The notes: generated by a model from the sequence alone, not told the origin. Shown: positions 31,254-44,208, numbered from the stretch's first letter. The stretch: 64,000 nucleotides of DNA from an uncultured delta proteobacterium (GCA_963771175.1 CAVYSY010000010.1:1-64000); one strand, 5' to 3'. Numbers and translations: made by a program.

Positions 31254-32119
31254 ATGCCTGACTTCCTTGGACACGCCGAGAACCCGCTGCGCGAGGAGGA
31301 GTGGGCGCGCCTCAACGAGACGGTGATCCAGGTCGCCCGCCGCTCGCTCGTGGGCCGCCGCATCCTCGACATCTACGGCCCGCTGGGCGCCGGCGTGCAG
31401 ACCGTTCCCCACGACGAGTACACCGGCGTCAGCCCCGGCGCGGTGGACATCGTCGGCGAGCAGGAGACGGCCTCCGTCTTCACCGACGTCGCGCAGCTTC
31501 AAGACGATCCCCATCATCTACAAGGACTTCCTGCTGCACTGGCGCGACATCGAGGCGGCGCGCACGCACAACATGCCGCTGGACGTGTCCGCCGCCGCCG
31601 GCGCCGCCGCCTTCTGCGCCCAGCAGGAGGACGAGCTCATCTTCTACGGCGACCCCAAGCTCGGCCACGAGGGGCTGATGAACGCCACCGGCCGGCTCAC
31701 CGTGCCGCTCGGGGACTGGGCGCACGCCCGGCACCGGCTACCTCGCCATCGTCGAGGCCACCCGCAAGCTCAACGAGTCCGGCCACTACGGCCCCTACGC
31801 CGTCGTCCTCTCGCCCCGCCTCTACTCGCTGCTGCACCGCATCTTCGAGAAGACGGGCGTGCTGGAGATCGAGACCATCCGCCAGCTCGCCTCGGACGGC
31901 GTCTTCCAGTCCAACCGGCTGCGCGGCGACTCGGGCGTGGTGGTGTCCACCGGCCGCGAGAACATGGATCTCGCGGTGGCCATGGACATGGTCGCCGCCT
32001 ACCTGGGCGCGTCCCGGATGAACCACCCCTTCCGCGTGCTCGAGACGCTCATCCTGCGCATCAAGCACCCGGACGCCATCTGCACCCTCGAGGGATGCAG
32101 CCACCCGGTCCGCGGCTAG
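31254..32119 (+). CDS. encA: family 1 encapsulin shell protein (frameshifted in this sequence)
   Basis: [36 protein letters not shown]...[12 protein letters not shown] resembles Myxococcus EncA. Confidence 0.95.
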
Positions 32120-32141
32120 CCCGGACCCCGCCAGCCCCCCC

Positions 32142-33567
<1,426 letters not shown>

Positions 33568-33642
33568 GTCACGCTGGCGAAATATCGCCGCGAAACCATC
33601 GGTTCGGTCCCGGCCACAACCCTTTTGACTCTGGGAGCATGA

Positions 33643-34714
33643 ATGCGGCCGCCTCTTCCCACCCTCGGACCTCAACCGAAGAAAAGCCCTGTAGGGCCGG
33701 TGATGGCCGTCTCCTTGCTGCTCGGCCTGAGCGCCGGGGGCGTGTGGTGGTGGAAGCAGCGACTCACCTCCGAGCAGCCCGCCACGGCCACCGCCCAGAC
33801 GGAGCCGTCTGTCACCGCCGCCCGTGGCTCCCGGGCCCGCAGGACGCGGGCTCCACCGCCAACGCCGCCCCCACGGCCGCCGCGCCCACCGTCGCGGATC
33901 CGCTCAAGACCGCCGGGCTGTCCCGCGCCGCCATCCGCATCGACGGTCCGCTGGAGACGGCGATCGTCGCCGTCGCCGGCTCCGAGGTGGGCCCCGCGCT
34001 CGCCCAGGTGGTGACGCGCACGCTGGTCTGGTGGGTGGACGTGCCGCGGTGACATCCGCCGCGGGGACACGATGGACGTCCTCTACGAGATGCGCCCCGG
34101 CGAGGAGCCGCTGGTGCACGCGGTGCGCTTCACCAGCAACAAGACGGGCCAGACGCACCGCGCCTACCGCTTCCAGGCCGCGGGCGACAACAACCCCCGC
34201 TACTACCTGCCCAGCGGCGAGGAGCTGGAGTTGCGCCTGGAGCACTCGCCCCTGGACGACTACGAGCAGGTGACGTCGCTGCTGCGCGATGGTCGCCGCC
34301 ACAAGGGCGTGGACTTCAAGACGGCCGTGGGCACCCCGGTGAAGGCGCCCTTCACCGGCGTCGTCCGCCGCAAGAACTGGAACTTCCGCTTCAACGGCAA
34401 CTGCGTCGAGCTCGAGGAGGTCGGTGGCAAGCGCCGCCGCGCCCTCTTCCTGCACCTGGACGAGCTGCCGCGCTCGCTCAAGGTGGGCGACCGCTTCGCC
34501 GTGGGCTCCATGCTGGGCCGCAGCGGCAACACCGGCCGCTCCTTCGCGCCCCACCTGCACTACCAGCTCGATGGCCGGCGACGAGCGCGTCCTGGATCCC
34601 TACGAGAGCCACCGCACCTACCGGCGCTCGCTGGCGGCCACGCAGCGCGCGGCCTTCGACGCCGAGGTGCGCCGGCTGGATGGGCTGCTCGGCACCACCC
34701 TGGCGGGCGGCTGA
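33643..34714 (+). CDS. M23 family metallopeptidase (frameshifted)
   Basis: [24 protein letters not shown]-terminal TM anchor. Confidence 0.88.
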
Positions 34715-34833
34715 GTCCTTCGATTCTTGACACCCCCGCCCGCGGCGGCTAGCGTCCTCCGACAATTTCTCAACATTTCTCGGGGGTTAGGCGCGGGGAG
34801 GGCTGGGCGCCCGAGAGAGTGTTCGGAGGTCGG

Positions 34834-36120
34834 ATGTCGAGGCTTCGCGCCGTTGTCGCCGCGCTGACGCTGGGTGCGCCGTTCGTCGCCACCGCGGCGG
34901 ATATCACCCGAGTCGCATCGTCCTTCGAGGATGATGACCCGTTCGGGATGTTCATCGACGTGGGCTTCGAGCATACGCATCGGCGCACGAAGATCCTCCG
35001 GGAGCTGCTGCCCCAGGGGACGGCGAACGCGCCAGTACGTCAACGAGCTCTGGTACAAGGGGAACGATCCGCGGCTGAACTTCGACCTGGCGTTCGGCAT
35101 CGCGCAGGACGTCGAGCTCTCGTTCGGCCTGCCCATCGTCTTCCAGCGAACGAGGAGTGGAGCTTCGTCTCGGGGACGAACGCGAGCAACTCCACCATCA
35201 CCAACAACTGCCTGCGGGCCGACGGCTCGCTCACGGACCCGAACTGCCCCACCACGGGCGCGGGGACGCAGGCGCTCTTCAACGTGCCCCTGGAGACGTT
35301 CCGCGGCGGCCTGGGCAACATGCGCTTCGGGCTGGCGTGGTCCTTCTTCAACCAGCGCAAGGACGACACCAAGCCCACCTGGGTGCTGGGTCTGGACTAC
35401 GAGGCGCCCACGGCGGCGCTGCTCGACCCGAGCGTCTTGACGAGCAAGGATGACCGGGGCGCCGTCGGCGACCGGGTGCACAAGTACACGATGTACACGG
35501 CGCTCTCGCGGAAGATCGGCATCGCGGAGCCGTACTTCAAGGTGCACTACACGGTGCCGGTGCGCGGCCCGGGCGCATACACCAACTGCGATAACCGCAA
35601 CGTGGATCCGCAGAACCTCGGCACGCCGCAGAACTGCGGCATCGACGGGTGGGATCGCAAGGAGACGGGCATCCAGGCGCCGCACACGGGCGGAGTGATG
35701 TTCGGCTCGGAGATCCAGGTCTACAACCAGCCCACGCGCAAGTTCACGGCTGGACCTGCGGGCCATCGCCAACTACGTGTCCGCAGGGCCGCTACTACAA
35801 CGAGCTGAGCGGCGCGCTGCGCAAGCTGCTCTACACCGGCGACTACATGCAGGTGGGTGGCCAGCTCGGCATGAAGGTGCAGGTCTCGGACGTGCTGCAG
35901 CCTGAAGGGCTCGGGCATGTTCCTGTACAACACGGACCACGCGCTCACCGACGAGAGGATCGGCAAGGACCTGGACGGCAACGGCTCGGTGGACCTCACG
36001 GACAACCCGGCGGAGATCAACCCGAACTTCGACTTCCGCACGGACTACGTCTCGCGGCGCTTCTACGCCTCCGAGAGCACGGACTTCCGGCTCGACCTGA
36101 GCGCCACGTTCGCGTTCTAG
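34834..36120 (+). CDS. exported protein, probably an outer-membrane beta-barrel (frameshifted)
   Basis: Signal peptide ending ATAA, alternating beta-strand pattern, C-terminal aromatic ...LSATFAF. Confidence 0.65.
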
Positions 36121-36128
36121 CGCGAGCG

Positions 36129-36155
36129 CCCCCTCTTCCCTCGGGAAGGGGGGGG
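36129..36155. terminator. hairpin between convergent genes
   Basis: CCCCCTCTTCCC-TC-GGGAAGGGGGGG imperfect stem. Confidence 0.4.
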
Positions 36156-36162
36156 AACCCGC

Positions 36163-36995
36163 TCACCGCTTCTTGAGTCCGAGCCCCAGCCGGTACACGT
36201 CCTGACCGGACCAACCGGCGCGGCGGGCCAGCTCGGTGCTCAGGCCCTTGAGCTTCTCGCCTCGCGCCGAGCCCCTCCTCCAGCGCGCGCCGCAATTCGT
36301 CCTCGGACCAGCGGTGCTCGCCGGTGCGCCCCTCCACCAACACCACCACCTCGCCCCGGGGCTCCTCGGTCGCGTAGCGCTCGGCCAGGGAGGTCAGCGT
36401 GCCGCGCGCGAACTCCTCGTGCACCTTGGTGAGCTCCCGCGCCACGCACCGCGCGCCGCTCTCCCAGCGCGTCCCGCAAGTCGGTCAGCGTCTCGGCCAG
36501 CCGGCGCGGGGACTCGTAGAGGACCAGCGTGGCCGACAGCGGAGCCACCTCCTCCAGCATGGCCTGGCGCTCGGGCCCCTTGCGCGGCAGGAAGCCCAGG
36601 AAGTGGAAGCGCCCGGTGGGCAGCCCCGAGGCACTCAGCGCCGCCACCAGGGCCGTGGGCCCCGGCACCGGCACCACCTTCACCCCGCGCTCGATCGCCT
36701 CGGCCACCAGCTTCTCGCCGGGGTCGCTGATGCCCGGACTGCCCGCGTCCGTCACCAGCGCGCAGTCCTCGCCGGCCTGGAGCCGATCCAGGATGCGGCC
36801 GGCGCGCTGCCCCTCGGCGAAGGCCGGCAGGCTCACCGTGTCCGCGGCGATGCCGAAGTGATCCAACAGCACCCGCGAGTGCCGCGTGTCCTCACAAGCC
36901 ACGAAGGACACCTGTCGCAGCGTCTCCAGGGCGCGCGAGGAGATGTCCCCCAGGTTCCCGATGGGAGTGGCTACCAGATAGAGCGTCCCAGCCAT
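36163..36995 (-). CDS. rsmI: 16S rRNA C1402 2'-O-methyltransferase (frameshifted)
   Basis: LYLVATPIGNLGD, CEDTR, DAGSPGISDPG, YESPRR, RELTKVHEE. Confidence 0.95.
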
Positions 36996-37002
36996 GCGTG
37001 CC

Positions 37003-37368
37003 TCACATGCCGGCGTCGAAGGCGCCCGGCAAGTGCTCCACCGTCGCGCGCTCGCCGCGGCCCACCACCGAGATGACGTCGAAACGAATCATCCTGTCCC
37101 GCAGCCGCTGGGTCAGGAGGTAATGCAGCGCGGTCTTCACCACCTTGCGCTGCTTGGCGAAGGACACCGTGTGGGAGGGGTCTCCCCACACCGCCGTGGA
37201 GCGCATCCGCACCTCCACGAAGCACACCGTGTCCCCGTGCTCGGCTACCACGTCCAGCTCCCCGTGGCGGCACGAATAGTTGCGCGCACGCACCCGATAG
37301 CCCCTCGACTCCAGGAAGCGCACCGCGGCCTCCTCGCCCTCGTCCCCATACCCCTTCCGATCCACCAC
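37003..37368 (-). CDS. yraN: YraN (UPF0102) family protein
   Basis: G..GEEAA..FL...RNY....GELD......FVEVR, RFDV. Confidence 0.9.
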   Translation of the reverse strand: MVDRKGYGDEGEEAAVRFLESRGYRVRARNYSCRHGELDVVAEHGDTVCFVEVRMRSTAVWGDPSHTVSFAKQRKVVKTALHYLLTQRLRDRMIRFDVISVVGRGERATVEHLPGAFDAGM

Positions 37369-37420
37369 CGTCCCCTCCCCTCCTACCGGGCCCCCGCCCT
37401 CGGGGGCCACGCACCACACG

Positions 37421-39400
37421 CTACAGATTGACAGTCCCGTCCGACAGTTGCGTGAAGCCGGGGTGCGCGGTGACGTGCAGCACCTGCGTCAGGGCGCCCA
37501 CGTGCTTGAGCATCCGCGCCAGCAGCGGCAGCTTGGCCTCGTCCACGCCCATCAGCGCGTCCTCCACGAGCAGGGGCAGCTTCACCCGGGCGCTCAGCTT
37601 CTCCACGACCGTCAGCCGCAGGCTCAGGAAGAAGATGTCCACCTCCCGGGGAGGCAGCTCGCCCAGGGGCATGCGCCGGCCCGAGGCGGACACCACCGTC
37701 GCCCGCCCCTCCCTGTCCCACTCCACGCCCACGTAGCGGCGATCCGTGAGCGCGCTGAAGTACTGCACGCACCGGTCGCGCAGCGCGCCCATCACGGCCT
37801 GCGTGTTCGTGGCGAGCACGTCCGCCGCCAGGTTGATCAGCACGGGCGAGGGATCCTCGAGGGCATCCAGGCCGGACAGCTCGACGCCGGGCATCCCGCC
37901 CATCATCTGAGGGTTGCGCGCGAGCTGGATGGACTCCTTGAGCCGGGAGATCTCCCGCTCCACCTCGCGAATGTCGCGCACGAAGGAGCCCTTCTCGGCG
38001 ATCTTCGCGTTGAGCAGCTCGATCTGCTGGCGGATGACCGGGAGCTGGTTGGCGGCCTCGATGTACTCCGGGTGCTTCTCCACCGAGACGAGCTGGGCGC
38101 GGAGCTGGGCCACCTCGGCACCGAGCTGCTCGCGGCGCTGCAGGCGGAGTGGGATCTCCTTGGGGGTATCCACGTCGAACACCTCCATGGCCTTGCGCAC
38201 CGAAGCGGCCTCGGCCTCGAACTCCTCGAGGATCTTCTTCTCGCGCACGACGAACATCTCGCCCCGGCGGCTCACGAAGTCCTTGTGCTGCAGCTCGTCC
38301 ACGAAGCGCAGGGCCAGCATGGCGGCGAAGCCGAAGGCGGGGATGTCCAGCAGCGCCACGTAGCGGGCCGCGTTGGTGAAGAAGAAGCCCGCGACGAAGC
38401 AGGCCACGCCCACGGCCACGGCGGCCCAGAACTGGGGGTTGCGGACGAGCGGCTCCACGTCCGGCAGACGCGCGGCCTCCTCCTCCGCCACCTCGCGCTC
38501 GGACATGAGGCGCGCCATGGCCTCTTCCTTGCGGGCCAGCGTCTTCGGGAAGCGCTCGGCGCGCGCCACGATGTCCTGGGGCAGCCCCATGGACTCGGGC
38601 GTGGGCTCCGCGGCCCAGGCCGCCTCCGCCGCGCGAATCTTCTCCTTCAGGCCGTCGGTGCCGCGCAGCTTCGTCTCGATGTCGAAGACCTGCGAGTTGA
38701 GCCCGTCCACCTCGAACTGGAGGTTGTCCACCTCCTTGCTGAAGAGGAGCTCCTTCTCGAGCTCGCGCAGCTTCGCCTCGGCGGCGGGGATATCCGACGC
38801 GGGCATCACCGCCAGCATGCCCGGAGAGGACTGCGTGCGCAGGCCCGGGGACGAGGGCGAGTGGACACCCGGCATGCCCGGGGACGAGGGAGAGTGAATG
38901 CCCGGCATGCCCGGAGAGGACAGCGAGCGCATGCCCGACCCCGACGTGGACGCGCGACCGGCGCCACCGCGGGGCCGGCGAGAGGGAAGCTGAGCCGCCT
39001 GGAGGCAGAAGAGCTGCTCGAAGGTGGTGCGCGGCGGCAGCCCCACCTGGCCGCGGAGGAACTGGTTCGCGTCGGTGGTGTCCTGCGTCACCAGCTCCGG
39101 CTGCTGCGTGGCGGGATTGAGCCGGTGCAGCGAGCCACCCCCGCCCAGCTCACGCAGCACGCGGTAGGTGACGTTGTCCTGCCCCACGAGGGTGAGCGCG
39201 GCCTTGCCCGGCTTCTGCGCCGAGGCGGCCAGGGCGGCATCCCCGCCACGCCCATCCGCGTAGAGCAGCGCGAGCGTGAGCCCGGCCAGGGGGCTCGGCT
39301 CCGCGGGCGGCTTGAGCACCAGATACCCGGTCTTGAGAGCGAAACGACCCGCGGGGGAGAACCCCCGGACGTTCTGGACGGCAACCTCGACGAAGTGCAT
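37421..39400 (-). CDS. SMC/SbcC-like coiled-coil membrane protein with degenerate ATPase motifs
   Basis: N-terminal VQNVRGF, long coiled coils, two central TM helices, C-terminal FLSLRL...LPLLVED. Confidence 0.7.
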   Translation of the reverse strand: MHFVEVAVQNVRGFSPAGRFALKTGYLVLKPPAEPSPLAGLTLALLYADGRGGDAALAASAQKPGKAALTLVGQDNVTYRVLRELGGGGSLHRLNPATQQPELVTQDTTDANQFLRGQVGLPPRTTFEQLFCLQAAQLPSRRPRGGAGRASTSGSGMRSLSSPGMPGIHSPSSPGMPGVHSPSSPGLRTQSSPGMLAVMPASDIPAAEAKLRELEKELLFSKEVDNLQFEVDGLNSQVFDIETKLRGTDGLKEKIRAAEAAWAAEPTPESMGLPQDIVARAERFPKTLARKEEAMARLMSEREVAEEEAARLPDVEPLVRNPQFWAAVAVGVACFVAGFFFTNAARYVALLDIPAFGFAAMLALRFVDELQHKDFVSRRGEMFVVREKKILEEFEAEAASVRKAMEVFDVDTPKEIPLRLQRREQLGAEVAQLRAQLVSVEKHPEYIEAANQLPVIRQQIELLNAKIAEKGSFVRDIREVEREISRLKESIQLARNPQMMGGMPGVELSGLDALEDPSPVLINLAADVLATNTQAVMGALRDRCVQYFSALTDRRYVGVEWDREGRATVVSASGRRMPLGELPPREVDIFFLSLRLTVVEKLSARVKLPLLVEDALMGVDEAKLPLLARMLKHVGALTQVLHVTAHPGFTQLSDGTVNL

Positions 39401-39430
39401 GCGCCCCCCATTCTAGCCCGCCTGGGAATG

Positions 39431-39467
39431 AAAAAAGGGAGCGTCCTTGAACAGGACGCTCCCTTTT
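39431..39467 (-). terminator. intrinsic terminator of the rpsP-rplS operon
   Basis: AAAAGGGAGCGTCCT-tgaac-AGGACGCTCCCTTTT perfect stem with flanking A/T tracts. Confidence 0.9.
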
Positions 39468-39499
39468 GATGGAACCGGCCAGCGAGGGCCGGGACCGGA

Positions 39500-39916
39500 T
39501 CAGGCGCTCGGACGGGCGGCGCTCGCCTTGCCGGCGTGGTGGCTGGCGGCGGCGCGACGCATCTCGGCATCCTCCTGGGTCTCCACGCGGGAGGCCTTGC
39601 CCTTGAGGGCGCGGAGGTAGAAGAGGCGGCTGCGGTTCACGTTGCCGCGCGAGAGGACCTCGATCTGCTCGTAGCGGGGGCTGTGCAGGGGGAACATGCG
39701 CTCCACGCCGACGCCGAAGGACACCTTGCGGACGGTGAAGGAGGCGCGGTTGTTGCCCTTCTTCTTGCGGATGACGATGCCCTCGAACGCCTGCACGCGC
39801 TCCTTGTCGCCCTCCTTGACCTTCCAGTGAACGCGAACAGAGTCACCGGTGCGGAACTGGGTGACGTCCTTACGGAGGTTCTTGGCCTCCACGTACTCGA
39901 TGGCGCTGCGACGCAT
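39500..39916 (-). CDS. rplS: 50S ribosomal protein L19
   Basis: [24 protein letters not shown]...[17 protein letters not shown]. Confidence 0.97.
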   Translation of the reverse strand: MRRSAIEYVEAKNLRKDVTQFRTGDSVRVHWKVKEGDKERVQAFEGIVIRKKKGNNRASFTVRKVSFGVGVERMFPLHSPRYEQIEVLSRGNVNRSRLFYLRALKGKASRVETQEDAEMRRAAASHHAGKASAARPSA

Positions 39917-40053
39917 AACTGACTCCAGAAAGCTCGACTCGGGTCCAGTAAGCTGGGACTCGGGGTGTAGAGAGCGGGCCGTACTACCAGAGAGCCGGGG
40001 GTCGGACAAGCCCGCAAAGCACCGACCCGTAGCTCGGAAAACCATCGGAGGGG

Positions 40054-40789
40054 CTACAGCTCCTCCTCTTTCTTCGACAGCAGCTTCAAGTCCGCCTTGT
40101 CGAACTGCAGGCGGGCGTACAGAGTCCGGGCGCCGTTCCCGGGTGAGCTGGAGGGCCTTCCAGCGGCGCCAGCGGGCGATGCGTGCATGATCGCCCGATT
40201 GGAGGACGGCGGGCACCTCGGCCCCGCGGAAGACGGGCGGCCGGGTGTAGTGAGGGTGCTCCAGGACCCCCTCCTCGAAGCTCTCGGTGACGCTGGAGGT
40301 CTCGTTGCCCAACACCCCGGGCAGCAGCCGCGCCACGGCGTCCACCACGGCCAGGGCGGCCACCTCGCCCCCGGTGAGGATGAAGTCCCCCAGGGACAGC
40401 TCCCCATCGAGGTAGGGCATGACGCGCTCGTCCACGCCCTCGTAGCGGCCACAGACGAGGATCAGACCGGGCTCCTTCGCCAGCTCGCGCGCCTTCGCCT
40501 GGGTGAAGACGGGGCCCCGGGGGCTCATCAGCAGCACCTTGGCCCCGGCGGGCGCGCGGGCCCGGGCGGCCTCGATGGCGGCCACCAGCGGCTCGGGCTT
40601 CATCACCATGCCGGCTCCGCCCCCATAGGGCGTGTCGTCGGTGACGCGGTGCTTTCCCTCGGCGAAGTCACGGACGTAGGTGACGGTGACGCCGAGCAGG
40701 CCCTTCTCCTGGGCCTTCCCGAGGATGCTCGCGCCCAGGTACCCGGCCACGCTGTCCGGGAAGAGGGTCAGCACCTCCACGGGATACAT
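40054..40789 (-). CDS. trmD: tRNA (guanine37-N1)-methyltransferase (frameshift near 40120)
   Basis: [42 protein letters not shown]. Confidence 0.97.
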
Positions 40790-41349
40790 CAGTCCTCGCT
40801 CCCTTCCGCCTCGCCCTTGCCCTTGTCCTCGCCGGTCTCCAGGTACTCCGGAGGCTTCACCACGAGGCGCCCGCCCGGGACGTCCACCGTGGAGACGAAG
40901 TCGTCCGCGAAGGGCACCACCAGCTCCTCCTTGCCCTCGGCGCGGATGACGAGGTTGGGCACCTCGCCGGTGCTCCAGAGCTCCTCCACGCGGCCGAGCA
41001 CGTTGCCGGACTCGTCCACGGCGGTGAGGCCCACGAGATCACCCTGGAAGTACTCGTCCTCCGCGGGGGGCTCGAGGTCCTCGCGGAACGCGAGCACGGT
41101 GGCGCCCACGAGCGCCTCGGCCTGGCCGCGCCCCCTCACTCCCTCGAAGACGACGAGCATCTCCTTGGGAGTGGGCCGCACGGACTCGATGCGCAGCACG
41201 CGCTCCGCTCCGGTGCGAGGACGCACGAGCACGCGCTCGACGAAGTCGAGCGTCTCGGACTCGGGGTCGAAGGTGCGAACCGCCACCTCGCCCCCGAGAC
41301 CATGCGCGCGGGCCACGTAGCCCAGCTCGAGGTGTGGTTTGAGAGTCAC
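40789..41349 (-). CDS. rimM: ribosome maturation factor RimM
   Basis: [28 protein letters not shown]; position within the operon. Confidence 0.95.
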   Translation of the reverse strand: MTLKPHLELGYVARAHGLGGEVAVRTFDPESETLDFVERVLVRPRTGAERVLRIESVRPTPKEMLVVFEGVRGRGQAEALVGATVLAFREDLEPPAEDEYFQGDLVGLTAVDESGNVLGRVEELWSTGEVPNLVIRAEGKEELVVPFADDFVSTVDVPGGRLVVKPPEYLETGEDKGKGEAEGSED

Positions 41350-41627
41350 TGGCCTTCGGGGGAGGCGGGGGCTGCGGCTTGGGGCTGCTGGCGCCGGTCA
41401 TCCTGGATCTCCAGGCGGACCTTCTGGCCCTGCTTCTGGGCCGCGGCACCGAGCAGCGTCCGGAGGGCGCCTACAGTGCGCCCATCACGGCCGATGACCT
41501 TGCCCACGTCCTCGGGAGCGACCTTCAGCTCGAAGAGCCGGGCCCCTTCCACGTCGGACGTACGCAGGCTGACCTGATCGGGTTGATCGACCAGGGCCCG
41601 CGCCAGATAGATGATGAGCTGCTCCAC
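41346..41627 (-). CDS. khpA: KH-domain RNA-binding protein
   Basis: LVDQPD, DVGKVIGRDGRT; between rpsP and rimM. Confidence 0.92.
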   Translation of the reverse strand: MEQLIIYLARALVDQPDQVSLRTSDVEGARLFELKVAPEDVGKVIGRDGRTVGALRTLLGAAAQKQGQKVRLEIQDDRRQQPQAAAPASPEGQ

Positions 41628-41654
41628 GCTGTCCGTTCAGCCCTGCGAGAGGGA

Positions 41655-41918
41655 CTAGGCGGGCTTGGCAGCGGCGGCGGCGCGCTTGTGGCGCTTGATG
41701 AGCTCGCCAACGGTCTCGGAGGGCGTCGCGCCGGCCTTCAGCCAGTGCTCCAGACGCTCCGCCACGAACTCCACCTTGGCCGGGCTCTGGTTCGGGTCGT
41801 AGGAGCCCACGGCCTCGAGGAACTTGCCGTCGCGGGGGTTGCGGGAGTCGGTGGCAACCACGTGGTAGTACGGCTTCTTCTTGGCGCCCGCGCGGGCGAG
41901 ACGGAGAACAACGGCCAT
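41655..41918 (-). CDS. rpsP: 30S ribosomal protein S16
   Basis: MAVVLRLARAGAKKKPYY..VATDSRNPRDG. Confidence 0.98.
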   Translation of the reverse strand: MAVVLRLARAGAKKKPYYHVVATDSRNPRDGKFLEAVGSYDPNQSPAKVEFVAERLEHWLKAGATPSETVGELIKRHKRAAAAAKPA

Positions 41919-42004
41919 TTCTAATGCTCCAGGTGAGTCGAAGGTGAATCGAAGGTGATCACAGCTTGGAGGGGGGCGCTTCTAATGCCCCCCCGAGAGG
42001 ATTG

Positions 42005-43174
42005 TCAAGGAAGCTCGGGGTCTTGCGTCGTTTCCGACGCCTTTTCCTCACCCCGGTTGGCGAGCTGTCCACACGCCGCGGCGATGTCCCGGCCCCGGTT
42101 CTGCCGGATGAAGGCCGCCACGTGCCCGTTGGTGAGGATTTCCCGGAACTGCTCGGCCCGCTCGTCCATGGTCGTCTTGAAGCCCAGCCCCGGGTTCTCG
42201 TTGTAGGGGATGAGGTTGACCTTGGCGGGGATGTCCTTGAGCAGCTCGATCAGGCGGTAGGCGTCCTCGTCGCTGTCGTTGAAGCCCCGCAGGAGGACGT
42301 ACTCGAAGGTGATGCGCCGGCCCTGGCGCAGGGGGAACTTGCGGCAGGCGTCGAGCAGCGCCGCGATGTTCCACTTGCGGTTGACGGGCATCGTCTGGGA
42401 GCGCTGCTCGTCGGTGCTCGCGTTGAGCGAGATGGCGAGCTTCACGTCCGTCTCCTGGCCGAAGCGCTCGATCATCGGCACCAGGCCCACCGTGGAGACG
42501 GTGATGTGGCGGTGGCTGAAGTTGGGCCCCTCCTCGGACTGGAGGATGGAGAGCGCCGTCTTCAGGTTCTCGAAGTTGTGCAGGGGCTCGCCCATGCCCA
42601 TGAAGACCAGGTTGGAGAGCGGGCGGTAGGTCTCCAGCTTCTCCAGCTTGCGCACCTCGCGGTTGACCGCGTGCACCTGGGCGACGATCTCCCCCGGGGT
42701 GAGGTTGCGCTTGAGGCCGAGGGTGCCCGTCATGCAGAAGGTGCACGCCATGGCGCAGCCCACCTGGGTGGACACGCAGAGCGTCTTGCGGTCCTCCGAG
42801 GGCATGTAGACGGACTCGATGAAGCGCCCGTCGCGGGTCTTCCACCGGTACTTGATGGTGCCGTCCACCGAGCGCTGCTCGAGGTCCTTCACCAGGGGGA
42901 CGATCTCCGCGCGCTCCTTGAGCTTCTCGCGCAGGGCCTTGGAGAGGTCCGTCATCTCGTCGAACGAGGTGGCGCCGCGCTGGTGGATCCACCGGTAGAG
43001 CTGGCCGGCGCGGAACGCACGCTCGCCCAGCTCCTCGGTGAAGAAGCGGGTGAGGCCCTCCAGCGTGAGGCTGGAGACCTCCGTGAGCTTCACGGGCGCG
43101 GGAGCCTGCTCGGGCACGGGGGCGATCGAGAGCTCAGCGGTGGCGGTGTTGTTGGACTCGGGCAGCATCGTCAT
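42005..43174 (-). CDS. rlmN: 23S rRNA A2503 C2-methyltransferase
   Basis: CVSTQVGCAMACTFC.TG, FMGMGEP, ITFEY, NLIPYN, DIAAACGQL. Confidence 0.96.
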   Translation of the reverse strand: MTMLPESNNTATAELSIAPVPEQAPAPVKLTEVSSLTLEGLTRFFTEELGERAFRAGQLYRWIHQRGATSFDEMTDLSKALREKLKERAEIVPLVKDLEQRSVDGTIKYRWKTRDGRFIESVYMPSEDRKTLCVSTQVGCAMACTFCMTGTLGLKRNLTPGEIVAQVHAVNREVRKLEKLETYRPLSNLVFMGMGEPLHNFENLKTALSILQSEEGPNFSHRHITVSTVGLVPMIERFGQETDVKLAISLNASTDEQRSQTMPVNRKWNIAALLDACRKFPLRQGRRITFEYVLLRGFNDSDEDAYRLIELLKDIPAKVNLIPYNENPGLGFKTTMDERAEQFREILTNGHVAAFIRQNRGRDIAAACGQLANRGEEKASETTQDPELP

Positions 43175-43350
43175 GGTTCCAACGGGGGGAGTGTGGGCGT
43201 CCCTTCCCACAACCAGGGACGTGGAGTCAAAGGAAGGCTTGCCCCCCTCCTTGCCTTGAGGGACGCTTCCTCGCTCGCTCGTGGACAATAGGTGGATGCG
43301 GCCCACTGGCCCCGAATCACCCCGGGAACTCCTTCCGCAACCGCGCTGGA

Positions 43351-44208
43351 ATGAACCTGCCCCCCTATCTTCCCAACCCCTGGCATGAGCTGCTCGAGTC
43401 GCTAACGCATCTCCGCGAATACCCCTGGTTCTCCGGGCGGCTTCGCTACCTCAGGGACTTCACCCGGTGGCAGAGACAGGTGCGCCATCAAGGCCCCCTA
43501 CCCGCCCCAGGACCCCAGCGCCTCACCGTCATCCTCCTCAGCTACCGGCGGGTCCGGAACATGGAGCCCCTGGTGGAGAGCCTGCTGCGTACCGACTTCG
43601 TCGGTCACGTCGTCGTCTCCAACAACAACCCCGCCTACCGGATCTCCGATTGGGTGCGGTTGCGCGACGAGCGCCTGCAGCTGGTGGATCAACCCGTGCG
43701 TCGGCACGCGGGCGTCCGCTTCGAGCTGGCCCGGTCCGCGCCCGGCGACTACTTCGCCAGCATTGATGACGACATCTTCCTGCTGCCCTCCCAGGTCGAG
43801 CACCTCTTCCGCTCGCTGCTCGATGATTCGAGCGTCCCCCACGGACTCCAGGGGGAGAGTCACGACGGCGAGCACGGGCCGGAGGAGACCCAGGGCTGGA
43901 GGGTGAACCTGCGCGGCGAGCAACGGGTGGACAGCATCAACCGCGTCTACTTCTTCACCCGAGAGCACCTGACCGAACTGTACCGGCTCGCGGGCCTCTT
44001 GGGCCTGGAGGTGGGCAACATGTCCAATGGAGAGGATCTGCTGCTGAGCAGCTGCGGCCAGGCGCGGCCCCTCGTCCACGAGGTGGGCAAGGTGACTGAC
44101 TGCCTGTCGGCCTGCCGACGCGGAGTGGCCATCTCGTGGACACACCAGCACTTCTTCCAGGAGCGCACCGCCCTGCTGGCTCGTCTGCGCGCCCTCAAAC
44201 CCCTGTAA
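43351..44208 (+). CDS. GT-A fold glycosyltransferase-like protein
   Basis: LTVILLSYRR, VVSNNNP, SIDDDIF, GEDL. Confidence 0.65.
   Translation: MNLPPYLPNPWHELLESLTHLREYPWFSGRLRYLRDFTRWQRQVRHQGPLPAPGPQRLTVILLSYRRVRNMEPLVESLLRTDFVGHVVVSNNNPAYRISDWVRLRDERLQLVDQPVRRHAGVRFELARSAPGDYFASIDDDIFLLPSQVEHLFRSLLDDSSVPHGLQGESHDGEHGPEETQGWRVNLRGEQRVDSINRVYFFTREHLTELYRLAGLLGLEVGNMSNGEDLLLSSCGQARPLVHEVGKVTDCLSACRRGVAISWTHQHFFQERTALLARLRALKPL

Noticed and set aside
39500..40789. TrmD-L19 fusion protein (429-aa ORF)
   Set aside because: Produced by a frameshift near 40120. The TrmD C-terminus is in another frame ending at 40054, and rplS has its own ATG at 39916.
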